Assembly: GCA_050292425.1 (NCBI GenBank)
Contig: JBNKLP010000002.1
Span: 561-64,560, forward strand
From: Candidatus Nanoarchaeia archaeon
Lineage (GTDB): Archaea; Nanobdellota; Nanobdellia; Woesearchaeales; UBA583
Reading direction: 5' to 3'
DNA length: 64,000 nucleotides
How positions within the stretch are numbered: the stretch's first letter is position 1; each line of letters starts with the position of its first letter. Positions 1 through 8,609 of this stretch are shown here, one piece after another. A model generated the notes under the pieces. It had not been told where the DNA came from and did not search any database. It saw only the letters and a list, made by a program, of their open reading frames with translations. The position numbers and the translations under genes are program-made.

Positions 1-239
1 TCAAGCCTCTCCAAAATCCCTTTTGGATTTGTAACAGAATAAACTTTAACTCCATTCTCAACAATATAAGAAACAAAACCTTTCTCTGACAAACGAGACA
101 AACAATCATAAACATTTCTCCTATGAATTCCAGACTTCTTTGAAATTTCTCCTACTGCACCATTCCCTAAATCTAATAAAACACTATATATCTTAATCTC
201 CGAATCAGTCAATCCTAAGTCTTCCAAAACTTCTCTCAT
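1..239 (-). CDS. TrmB-family winged-helix transcriptional regulator, 5' part only (runs off the left window edge)
   Basis: My own minus-strand translation from the ATG at 239 gives MREVLEDLGLTDSEIKIYSVLLDLGNGAVGEISKKSGIHRRNVYDCLSRLSEKGFVSYIVENGVKVYSVTNPKGILERL. This matches the N-terminal HTH pattern of TrmB-type archaeal regulators. It is absent from the ORF track because the window edge truncates it. Confidence 0.65.
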   Translation of the reverse strand, partial: MREVLEDLGLTDSEIKIYSVLLDLGNGAVGEISKKSGIHRRNVYDCLSRLSEKGFVSYIVENGVKVYSVTNPKGILERL

Positions 240-326
240 AAAATAACTAATAAATAAAAATATATAAATATTGTGGTGATAAACATCACCAAATTAGAAT
301 AAATAAAACAAAGCACATATAATTTC

Positions 327-1523
327 ATGGCACAAAAAAAATCAATTCAAACTTCACAAATAATTCCAAGAGACTATGGACTAACATACAAGTTAGGAGA
401 AGAAAAATACTTCTTCTCACCTTCCAAACTTGCACTTGCAACAATCGGTCTTGAAACTCCAGCTAAAATAAGGCAAAGACTAAAAGTTAAGGCGCAAAAA
501 GAAGGAATGCCTCTAAAAGAATTAGAAGAGATTCTAACTACAGCTGTTCAAAAAAAAGATACTACAAAAACTCTGCTGAATGAAAATCCAATATTAGAAG
601 CAAAAAAATACTCAAATCATACCCATGGAAAGATTCAGTCAAAATCAAGAGTTGAACCCTATGATGTATTAATTGGAAGACAGCAATCAACAAAATCTTC
701 ATCTCAGATACTCTACTCATCACATAGCTGTTCCTGTCCAGACGCATTCTGGGCTGAGGCAAAAAACAGAAATGTAATGTGTATTCATGAAGCGCAAATG
801 ATGCTTGCTATATACAAAGACACACATCCTATAATTTCAACTGCAAATTCCTTAACAGGACTATTTCCTAGGGATAGACAAGTAATTAGCTTGCCATTCA
901 ACTTTCAAAACAAAAGACTCCCTCAACTTGACGAACTTGTAACTGATGTTTTATTTTATTACTATGTTGAAGGTAAAAAACACTATGAAATAAATAGAAA
1001 ACTACTTGAGAATCCTCAGATTTACTCATTTTTCCTGACTAATGCAATTCAGTCTGGAGATGATGTTCAATTTGAAGTATTAAGACAAAAAGAAAAACAA
1101 ATTACCTCTGACTCCAAACACACTCAGGAATACTTCGCAGCTGCAAATGCTCTGCAAAAAAGAGCAGCTTCAATGCTAAAACAAAGAGGCTTCAATTCTA
1201 CAGGCTACTCCATTGAATTCAAAGACTCAGAAAATGAAACAGTAACAAAAAGATTTCAAAATAAAAATGAAGTGATCTCACTTACAACCACACATCTTAC
1301 ACCTCCTATGCTAATAAGAAAATATCTTGGAGCAAAATCACAAAATATATTTGGAGATCAAAACTCTCCTCAAACTCTAGTTCCAAACACACAATATGTT
1401 TCAATTGATGATAACACAAGAAGAGAATCTCTAACTCAAATATTGCTACCAACTGACCCAGAATTTAATTTGTTTGTTCCTCAGATAATCAAAAACAGAT
1501 ACTCTGCAATAAACTCACAATAA
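327..1523 (+). CDS. SWIM zinc-finger domain protein, function unknown
   Basis: 398-aa ORF with a CxCxnCxH SWIM signature in HSCSCPDAFWAEAKNRNVMCIHEAQ. The rest has no motif I recognise. Confidence 0.6.
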   Translation: MAQKKSIQTSQIIPRDYGLTYKLGEEKYFFSPSKLALATIGLETPAKIRQRLKVKAQKEGMPLKELEEILTTAVQKKDTTKTLLNENPILEAKKYSNHTHGKIQSKSRVEPYDVLIGRQQSTKSSSQILYSSHSCSCPDAFWAEAKNRNVMCIHEAQMMLAIYKDTHPIISTANSLTGLFPRDRQVISLPFNFQNKRLPQLDELVTDVLFYYYVEGKKHYEINRKLLENPQIYSFFLTNAIQSGDDVQFEVLRQKEKQITSDSKHTQEYFAAANALQKRAASMLKQRGFNSTGYSIEFKDSENETVTKRFQNKNEVISLTTTHLTPPMLIRKYLGAKSQNIFGDQNSPQTLVPNTQYVSIDDNTRRESLTQILLPTDPEFNLFVPQIIKNRYSAINSQ

Positions 1524-1566
1524 ATAATACAAAAAAATAAAAACTTCTCTTTTTCTAATAATAATT

Positions 1567-2169
1567 ATGAGTTCAAAAACATACACAATTAATGGCAAAA
1601 CAATCAAAATAAAACCTCATCAATTTGAAGGCCATCAATCACTTGAACATTATGAAAATCAAATATATTCTGCCTTAAGCAAAATTGGAATATCAAAAGA
1701 TTATATCTCAATCAATTATAATGAAGAACTAGCTCAAGTAAACTGGAAAATAAACTCCAAAAACTTCTCATTCCAATGTGAATCACAGCAAACAAAAACT
1801 CAAAACCTAGGAGCAATAGCTCAAGCCATCCAAGAAGATATTCGTCAAATCACAAGAGGGATCAAAGACTTATTTTTAATAATGACACAATACGAAACAA
1901 AAATCAAACAAACTAAAAAATCAACACTCTTTGACTACCATAATGAAAACTCCTCAGAAGAAACATTTCAAACATCCAAAATCAAAATTGACTCTCCAAT
2001 AGATGAAATCTTGGACAAAAAATATTTTTATCTCGAAAAATACGACAATCAAAAACTTGACTCAGTTTATCACAAACTAAAAGAGCAATGCATTCAAAAA
2101 AACTATCCAGATCATCCAATGCTAAAAGCTCTTAAAATAATAAGACAAAAAAAAGGGTTGAAATTATAA
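1567..2169 (+). CDS. hypothetical protein
   Basis: 200-aa ORF 44 nt downstream of the SWIM gene on the same strand. No recognisable motif. Confidence 0.5.
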   Translation: MSSKTYTINGKTIKIKPHQFEGHQSLEHYENQIYSALSKIGISKDYISINYNEELAQVNWKINSKNFSFQCESQQTKTQNLGAIAQAIQEDIRQITRGIKDLFLIMTQYETKIKQTKKSTLFDYHNENSSEETFQTSKIKIDSPIDEILDKKYFYLEKYDNQKLDSVYHKLKEQCIQKNYPDHPMLKALKIIRQKKGLKL

Positions 2170-2709
2170 TTTCTCATACTCTTCTTTAAACTTCTGTATT
2201 GCCTTTAATCTGGCAGAAATTTCATTCTTCTTCTGCAATCCAAGCTCAGAAAAAGTTTTATCATAACCTTGTGGAATAAAGCAAAAATCAAACCCAAAAC
2301 CTTCTCCTTCTTTAAGTTTAGTAGTCACTTCTCCTGTCATCTCTCCTTTTACAACAATCATATCATCTCCATCAAAATAAGCAACACAGCAGACTTGCTT
2401 TGCAACTCTATTATCAGAAGTCCCAAGCAATTTTATAGCAGCACTATTTCCTAACTTTTCTTCAAAAAATTTGATGAAAGGTCCTGGCAAACCATTAAAT
2501 TCATCAAGAAAAAAACCAGTATCCTCAACCAACACAGGTTTTCTTAAAATTCCATAAGCCTGCTTTACTTTATGCTCACAAATTTCTATCAAGTTCATTG
2601 ATTGTATCTCATCCAAATCAATCTTCTCATTAATTAGACCTTCTCCCAATATACTTCTAAATTCTCTCAACTTATTTTCATTTCCTGTAACTAAAACTAT
2701 TTCTCGCAT
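2164..2709 (-). CDS. non-canonical purine NTP pyrophosphatase (HAM1/RdgB/ITPase family)
   Basis: N-terminus MREIVLVTGNENKLREFRSILG, then GFGFDFCFIP and ISARLKA near the C-terminus, all typical of the RdgB/HAM1 family. I prefer the ATG at 2709. The track start at 2733 is a TTG extension. Confidence 0.8.
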   Translation of the reverse strand: MREIVLVTGNENKLREFRSILGEGLINEKIDLDEIQSMNLIEICEHKVKQAYGILRKPVLVEDTGFFLDEFNGLPGPFIKFFEEKLGNSAAIKLLGTSDNRVAKQVCCVAYFDGDDMIVVKGEMTGEVTTKLKEGEGFGFDFCFIPQGYDKTFSELGLQKKNEISARLKAIQKFKEEYEKL

Positions 2710-3872
2710 TTTGTTCCTCTCTCTCCCTTCCAATTTACAATTGGAATTAATCTTTTAACAATCCTAACTGAATCCTTCTGTTTTTCCATCACATCAAAAA
2801 TATTCTTATATGCAGCAGGGGCCTCATCAAGTGTTCCCTCACGAACAGTTCCAACAATTCCTTTCATGCTATCTTCAAACTCCTTCATAGAAACTCTTTT
2901 TTTAGTTTCATTTCTGGACATCCTACGTCCTGCACCATGAGATGAACTCTCCAAAAAATCTTTATTTCCAAGACCTTCAACCAAAAAACATCCATCTCTC
3001 ATATTAGCAGGGATCACTCCTCTCTCATTCTTCTTTGCTGGAGTTGCTCCCTTCCTGTGAATGTAAAACCCATTTTCTTCAATTGCATGATTATGATTTC
3101 TATTGCACCAAAGCTCAAAATCTATTTTCTCATTCTTCAAAACATCTCTTAAACAATCCCTAACCTTGTATGCCATCTCAAGCCTATTAAGAAGAGCAAA
3201 CTCAAGTCCAAAATTAAGAATGTTTAGATATTCTTTTCCCTTAATAGAATTCACATCAATTTCAGAAGTCACCTCAAATTTTTTAGAATCACCACTAGCC
3301 TCCTTCATATAAAACTCAGCAACCTTATAACCAACACCTCTTGAACCACTATGAATTACAAACCAAAGCTCCTCATTATCCTCACTTCTAGAAAGCTCAA
3401 TAAAATGATTCCCATCTCCAAGTGTTCCCAAATGAGACAAAGCCTTGTTCCTCAAAAACTTATAAACTTCTTCTCTATATTCTCCTCCCTTAAAATCTAA
3501 AAGCAATCTCTTAAAACTCTCTCTAGTATGAGAACTAACTTCTTTAATATGATTTAACTTCCCCATTCCCATAGGAACTCTCTTTTGTAAATCCTCAAAA
3601 ATTTCTTTTGCTTTTCCCTCAACTTCACCAACATCTCTAATTCCTTTAACCTTGCAAGCAATCATTCCACACCCAATATCATATCCAACCCAAGATGGAA
3701 CTACTCTATCTTTAGTTACAAACACACTTCCAATTGGAGCTACATAACCACTATGAGCATCAGGCATGAGAGCAGCTTTCACAACAAAATCCTCACTACA
3801 GCAACTATCAAACTGGCTCTTCGTATTCTCATCCAAATCAAGCGCAAAATTAGAAATCTGCTTATTATTCAT
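2697..3872 (-). CDS. rtcB: RNA 3'-phosphate ligase RtcB
   Basis: RtcB metal- and GMP-site motifs are present: MPDAHSGYVAPIGS, GDGNHFIEL, HSGSRGVGY, NRNHNHA and SSSHGAGR. Confidence 0.9.
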   Translation of the reverse strand: MNNKQISNFALDLDENTKSQFDSCCSEDFVVKAALMPDAHSGYVAPIGSVFVTKDRVVPSWVGYDIGCGMIACKVKGIRDVGEVEGKAKEIFEDLQKRVPMGMGKLNHIKEVSSHTRESFKRLLLDFKGGEYREEVYKFLRNKALSHLGTLGDGNHFIELSRSEDNEELWFVIHSGSRGVGYKVAEFYMKEASGDSKKFEVTSEIDVNSIKGKEYLNILNFGLEFALLNRLEMAYKVRDCLRDVLKNEKIDFELWCNRNHNHAIEENGFYIHRKGATPAKKNERGVIPANMRDGCFLVEGLGNKDFLESSSHGAGRRMSRNETKKRVSMKEFEDSMKGIVGTVREGTLDEAPAAYKNIFDVMEKQKDSVRIVKRLIPIVNWKGERGTKCEK

Positions 3873-3924
3873 AAAAAATCAAATATTAGAAACTTAATAA
3901 AACTTTAGTAAAGAACAAATATTA

Positions 3925-4058
3925 CAGGGGTGGTTCCGCAAGGCAAATCAAACTCTGAAACTTTATTTAGACACAGAAAATATTCCTCAAAAGGGACATA
4001 TTCACTAACTAATCGATCATATAGCCTCGGGATTGCGGCTTAGCCTACCTCCCCTACA
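3925..4058. ncRNA. candidate structured small RNA (unclassified)
   Basis: GC-enriched island in a 218-bp AT-rich spacer. The ends are complementary (AGGGGTGGT at 3926-3934 against ACCTCCCCT at 4047-4055, one mismatch). Internal hairpins are CC-GCAA-GG (about 3936-3943) and GGC-TTA-GCC (about 4037-4045). Neither strand has an ORF. Strand and RNA class are undetermined. Confidence 0.3.
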
Positions 4059-4090
4059 ATTAAAAAACGAATTATCTTTAAAAACTTATC

Positions 4091-4792
4091 TCAACTGCAA
4101 ACTTCTCCCTTATAACTGCCTTCACATATATTCTCAAAAATTTGATCATTAATCATATATCCATAGACATTCTCATCAATAACAATCACTGGAAGTTCTC
4201 TATCATAAACTCCATACTTTTGGGCAAGAAGTTGAATCGTTCCTTCTTTTTGAGCATCAAGTGAAAAGACCAAAACATCATCTCCCATTTTTGCTTTTAC
4301 ATAACTAAGATGGGTTCCCTGATCCTCACAAGCAGGGCATGTCTTCTCCTCAGCATAAAAATACAAAATTGGATTCATATTTCCTTCACAAAAATTATTA
4401 ATTTTATTTGCCAAAATCCAGTAATTTATTTGCAAATTTGCATAATGATCCTTAAGCCTTGCAAATTCTTCTTCTTTTACACTTCCTGTATTAATGTAAT
4501 TCTCAAGTTTTAATCTTGAATCATCCAGATTAGAAATACTTGTATAATAAGCTCCTTTGATCAACTCACATGAAACATTATCTCCTCCCTCCTTAAGTCC
4601 TACCAAGTAATCAACATAATTACTCTCAGTAACCACACTCTGATAATCTAAATCCTGCTGCTGAAGTTGTGTATAAAGACTCTGAACTCTTAACTGTTCA
4701 ACATCTCCTCCAATCAAAACTCCTACAGTAAAAATAATAACAGTCAAAAACAAAACTCCTACATGCCTAAGCCAATTTACTTTCTTTCTCAT
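4091..4792 (-). CDS. membrane-anchored thioredoxin-fold protein (CPAC redox motif)
   Basis: N-terminal TM helix (VGVLFLTVIIFTVGVLIGG). The C-terminal part has ILYFYAEEKTCPACEDQG followed by LPVIVI (cis-Pro-like), a thioredoxin/DsbA-like layout. Confidence 0.5.
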   Translation of the reverse strand: MRKKVNWLRHVGVLFLTVIIFTVGVLIGGDVEQLRVQSLYTQLQQQDLDYQSVVTESNYVDYLVGLKEGGDNVSCELIKGAYYTSISNLDDSRLKLENYINTGSVKEEEFARLKDHYANLQINYWILANKINNFCEGNMNPILYFYAEEKTCPACEDQGTHLSYVKAKMGDDVLVFSLDAQKEGTIQLLAQKYGVYDRELPVIVIDENVYGYMINDQIFENICEGSYKGEVCS

Positions 4793-4827
4793 AATCTAAT
4801 ATAAAAATAACTTCTTTATAAAAGTTA

Positions 4828-6108
4828 TCAATTTACCTTCTCCCAACTGTTGGCCTTGTTTGCAATTAATCTAAAAACAACCTTTGCCCAGATATATCCC
4901 ATTACAAATTTGTAAATAAAAAAATAATACAAAAACATCAAAAAATATTTAAAATTTCTAAGCATTGAAACTCTCTCCTTCGTACCTACAAAAGATAAAT
5001 AAATGATGATAAAAATCAAAAAAAACAAAACAAAAGAAGAAAAAATCACTTGCCAGTCCAAATCAAGAAAAGTTGTATTCCACCTATAATTAGTAATATA
5101 AGTCCAGAAATCAAAATGGGTCATATACATCCTTTTAACAGTATGAAAACTATCTTTAATAAACAAATACAAAACAGTCAAAACTCCAATCAAAGCAAGA
5201 ATACCTGTGATTGCAACAAGTGGCATATGATACATCCCAAACTCTCCATATTTTCTATTAAAAAGAAAATGCTTGTAATCCTTCACATTAAGCAAAGTTC
5301 CTTGATACCACCGAGTTCTTTGAGAAATAAATGCCTTTGTAGTCTTTGGGGATGCTGTATGAACAATCGCTCTTAAAGACTGCTTCAATGTATAATGATT
5401 ATCCTGTAACCTCAAAGCCATCTCCAAATCCTCAGTCATATGTCCTTTTCTAAAGCCACCAAGTTTCTTCACAACATCTGTTCTGTAAATTGAAAAAGGC
5501 CCAGGAGTTACATGAATACAGTCAAGTTTCCCCATAATGTACTTGTAAAAAATGTTCATTGTATATTCAAGCCATTGAACTTTCTGCAAAATATTCTCTG
5601 GTTTATGAACTTTCATAATAGGCATAACTGATGCAACCTCCTTTGAATCAAACTCTTCAATCATATTCTTCAATGCATCACTCTCAACATAGCAATCAAC
5701 ATCAAGACATGCAAAAAAAGGTGTCTTTGTTTTCTTTAAAGCCTCATTAAGAGCTGTATGCTTACCACCATTTTTCTTGTCAATAATTTCATACCCATAC
5801 TTTTTCTTCAATTTCTTCAAAATCTTCAAAGTACTATCAGTAGACCCGTCATTAACACAAATCACATTAAGTCTATTCTTTGGATAATCAAGCTCGTAAA
5901 CTGAATCTAATGTCCACTCAACATGCTTCTCTTCATTAAACATAGGTAAAATAACAGTAACTTTTGGCCAAACTGCCCTTTTCTTTTTTGTATTATCATT
6001 AGGATTAAAAATTAAAACAGAAAGCCAGAACAAGGAAAAATATACTCCAACAAAATAAAGTGTCCAAATCACATACTTTGCTATCTGTTCATCAATTGCA
6101 ACTGCCAT
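4828..6108 (-). CDS. family 2 glycosyltransferase, processive type (multi-TM)
   Basis: VTVILPMFNEEKHV and VNDGSTDST form the GT-A DxD region. ISQRTRWYQG is the Q(R/Q)xRW motif of processive GT2 synthases. TM helices flank the catalytic part. Confidence 0.8.
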   Translation of the reverse strand: MAVAIDEQIAKYVIWTLYFVGVYFSLFWLSVLIFNPNDNTKKKRAVWPKVTVILPMFNEEKHVEWTLDSVYELDYPKNRLNVICVNDGSTDSTLKILKKLKKKYGYEIIDKKNGGKHTALNEALKKTKTPFFACLDVDCYVESDALKNMIEEFDSKEVASVMPIMKVHKPENILQKVQWLEYTMNIFYKYIMGKLDCIHVTPGPFSIYRTDVVKKLGGFRKGHMTEDLEMALRLQDNHYTLKQSLRAIVHTASPKTTKAFISQRTRWYQGTLLNVKDYKHFLFNRKYGEFGMYHMPLVAITGILALIGVLTVLYLFIKDSFHTVKRMYMTHFDFWTYITNYRWNTTFLDLDWQVIFSSFVLFFLIFIIIYLSFVGTKERVSMLRNFKYFLMFLYYFFIYKFVMGYIWAKVVFRLIANKANSWEKVN

Positions 6109-6165
6109 ATAACAAATAAAACTTCCCTTAAGTATTTAAATATTACTCGTCTAAAAATTAGTAAC

Positions 6166-7332
6166 TCATTTCCTATAATAGTAAAATAAATATTGAATCA
6201 ATAACAAAACAAATAACAATACTCCAATTCCTAAAGCAAATACTTTTGCTGAAAAAACATCCATCAAATAACCAATATAATAAGCAACTATAACATAAGG
6301 TAAATTCTTTATAAAATTAAAAGTTGAAATTGTTGTTGCCCTATATTTTGAAATAGTATTTTCATTAATTAAAATTGAAGTAAAATTATCAAACAATGTT
6401 TGAGACATAAACCTGATAATAATTGTAACTCCTCCTAAAATTAATCCTACGAAAGGAGAAATAATTAAAGTAATTGCAATAACAATTCCAAAAACAAAAA
6501 ACAAATTATGTAAATTAAACTTATTACTTAAAAATGTAGTAAATTGTGAAGTTATTGCAACTATTAACGATAATACTCCCATAAATATTCCTAATTGTGA
6601 TGCTGTAAATCCAAACTCTACCGCCAAAACATCATTCAACAACTCCAAACAAACCACAGAAAAAAAAGCTATAGACAATAAAAAAATTGTTTGATACTTT
6701 ATTTGAGACGTTTTAGTTAATTCTCTTAATCCATATTTATTTTGTACAATAAAAGACTTCCAAAAACTATCTTGTTTTTCATAAAATGGTTCTTTTAATA
6801 TCAATACAAAAATCAACCCAAAAAATGCAAACAAACCTGTAACATAAAATGGTAAAGCTGCAAATTTTGTAAACAAAAATCCTCCAAAAATACTCGCTAA
6901 AGCAATAGCAATCATTTGAATTGTTGTAAAATTGGAAACAACTCTTGAATAATATTTCTCTTGATTCTTTTCTTTAAGAGAATCATAAGCCAAAGCCTCA
7001 ACTGTTCCAGAATAAAAAGAACCTGCAACACTAAGCAAAAACACAGACAATAATAAATGACTATAATCAAAAGCCATTGCCATAATAATATTTCCTATTG
7101 CTAAAAACAAAAAAGATACAAACAAAGTCTTTTTTCTTCCAATCAAATCAGCTATAGCTCCACTAGGAATTTCAAAAAGAATAGCCGAAAAAATCATAAC
7201 AGACTCAATAAGACCAATACCTGCATAATCTGTAAAAAGCAAATAATAAAAAATCCAAATACCATACCAAAAAAAAGAATTATTCAAAAATGTTAATACG
7301 TATAAAATATTAACATTACGATTCACAATCAT
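6166..7332 (-). CDS. MFS-type transporter
   Basis: 388 aa with about 12 predicted hydrophobic helices and a GAIADLIGRKK loop between TM2 and TM3, which is the MFS signature. Confidence 0.7.
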   Translation of the reverse strand: MIVNRNVNILYVLTFLNNSFFWYGIWIFYYLLFTDYAGIGLIESVMIFSAILFEIPSGAIADLIGRKKTLFVSFLFLAIGNIIMAMAFDYSHLLLSVFLLSVAGSFYSGTVEALAYDSLKEKNQEKYYSRVVSNFTTIQMIAIALASIFGGFLFTKFAALPFYVTGLFAFFGLIFVLILKEPFYEKQDSFWKSFIVQNKYGLRELTKTSQIKYQTIFLLSIAFFSVVCLELLNDVLAVEFGFTASQLGIFMGVLSLIVAITSQFTTFLSNKFNLHNLFFVFGIVIAITLIISPFVGLILGGVTIIIRFMSQTLFDNFTSILINENTISKYRATTISTFNFIKNLPYVIVAYYIGYLMDVFSAKVFALGIGVLLFVLLLIQYLFYYYRK

Positions 7333-7401
7333 CTAAACAATTACAAACAATAAAAACTTATAAATTTAAGTAATCAAAAAAATAGAAAAAATTAGCAAAT
7401 T

Positions 7402-8565
7402 TTAATTAAATGAAGAACCAATCATATCATATTCTTTTTCTTCAACTTTGACTTTCTCTATTGCATCAAGCATATCTTTTTGACAAACTTTTTTCCTTTT
7501 ATCCCTAATTGCCTGATAACCTGCCTCAGTAGTTAATGCCTTAAGTTCAGCTCCACTAAATCCTTCGGTTTTTGCTGCAATAATTTTCAAATCAACATCC
7601 TTTTCAACCTTCATATTCTTCGTATGAATTTTCAAAATCTCTTCTCTTCCTTGCTCATCTGCAAGTCCAACCTCTATATGTCTCTCCAATCTTCCTGGTC
7701 TTATAATTGCCTCATCAAGTATATCTAATCTATTTGTTGCTGCAATAATTTTCACATCAGCTAAAGCATCAAATCCATCAATTTCTCCCAAAAGCTGCAT
7801 AAAAGTCCTCTGAACTTCTCTCTCTCCGCTAGTTCCTGTCTCAATTCTTCTTGCAGCAATAGCATCAAGCTCATCAATAAAAATGATAGTTGGTGCTTTC
7901 TTTCTTGCAAGCTCAAACAAATCCTTAACAAGCTTTGCTCCCTCACCAATAAATTTCTGAACAAGCTCAGAACCAACCAACTCAATAAAAGTTGATTTAG
8001 TCTCTGATGCTAAAGCTTTTGCAATCATAGTCTTACCTGTACCTGGAGGTCCATAAAGCAAAACTCCTTTAGGTGGCGTAATTCCTATATCTCTAAACAT
8101 CTGTGGCTTCATCAATGGAAGCTCTAAAACTTCTTTAACTTTCTCAACTTCTTTATTAAGTCCTCCAATATTCTCCCATGAGACTCCTGTCTTATTATCA
8201 ACTATTAAATAATTTTCTACAGCAAAATTCTTTGTCAAATCTACTTTATCAACAATAACCAATGATTTTTGCTCATTCAAAACCATATCTCCTGGTTTTA
8301 CATTAACAGGACAATTTTGAGACACTTCAACTAAAAAATTACTCTGGTTTGGAAGCTTTACAACTGCTCTTCCTTCATCTGTCATGGAAATAACCTCTGA
8401 AACAACAAAAGGTGGTGTTCTGAACTTCTCAAGCTCTGTCTGATAAAACTGAACAGTCCTTCTTAAATTTTTATTCTCTTCCTCTAATCTTGCATTCTCA
8501 AAAGAAATACTATAAAGTGGGTCATCTCCTACAGCAGATTCCCTTCTAACATCATCGTAGTCCAT
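7402..8565 (-). CDS. pan: proteasome-activating nucleotidase (AAA+ ATPase PAN)
   Basis: N-terminal coiled coil (LEEENKNLRRTVQFYQTELEKFRTPP), OB region, Walker A GPPGTGKT, Walker B IIFIDELD, and the second region of homology. I prefer the ATG at 8565, because the track start at 8613 is TTG. The C-terminus ends ..GSSFN, not a textbook Hb-Tyr-X. Confidence 0.85.
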   Translation of the reverse strand: MDYDDVRRESAVGDDPLYSISFENARLEEENKNLRRTVQFYQTELEKFRTPPFVVSEVISMTDEGRAVVKLPNQSNFLVEVSQNCPVNVKPGDMVLNEQKSLVIVDKVDLTKNFAVENYLIVDNKTGVSWENIGGLNKEVEKVKEVLELPLMKPQMFRDIGITPPKGVLLYGPPGTGKTMIAKALASETKSTFIELVGSELVQKFIGEGAKLVKDLFELARKKAPTIIFIDELDAIAARRIETGTSGEREVQRTFMQLLGEIDGFDALADVKIIAATNRLDILDEAIIRPGRLERHIEVGLADEQGREEILKIHTKNMKVEKDVDLKIIAAKTEGFSGAELKALTTEAGYQAIRDKRKKVCQKDMLDAIEKVKVEEKEYDMIGSSFN

Positions 8566-8609
8566 CTTAGTATGTATTAAGGCATGTTTATATATAAAGG
8601 TTATGAATT

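Noticed and set aside
3925-4058. tRNA (possibly intron-containing or split), 5S rRNA or SRP RNA assignment for the GC-rich island.
   Set aside because: I could not build an acceptor/D/anticodon/T cloverleaf or find a T-loop GTTCRANYC-type motif on either strand. The length and motifs do not fit 5S or SRP RNA.
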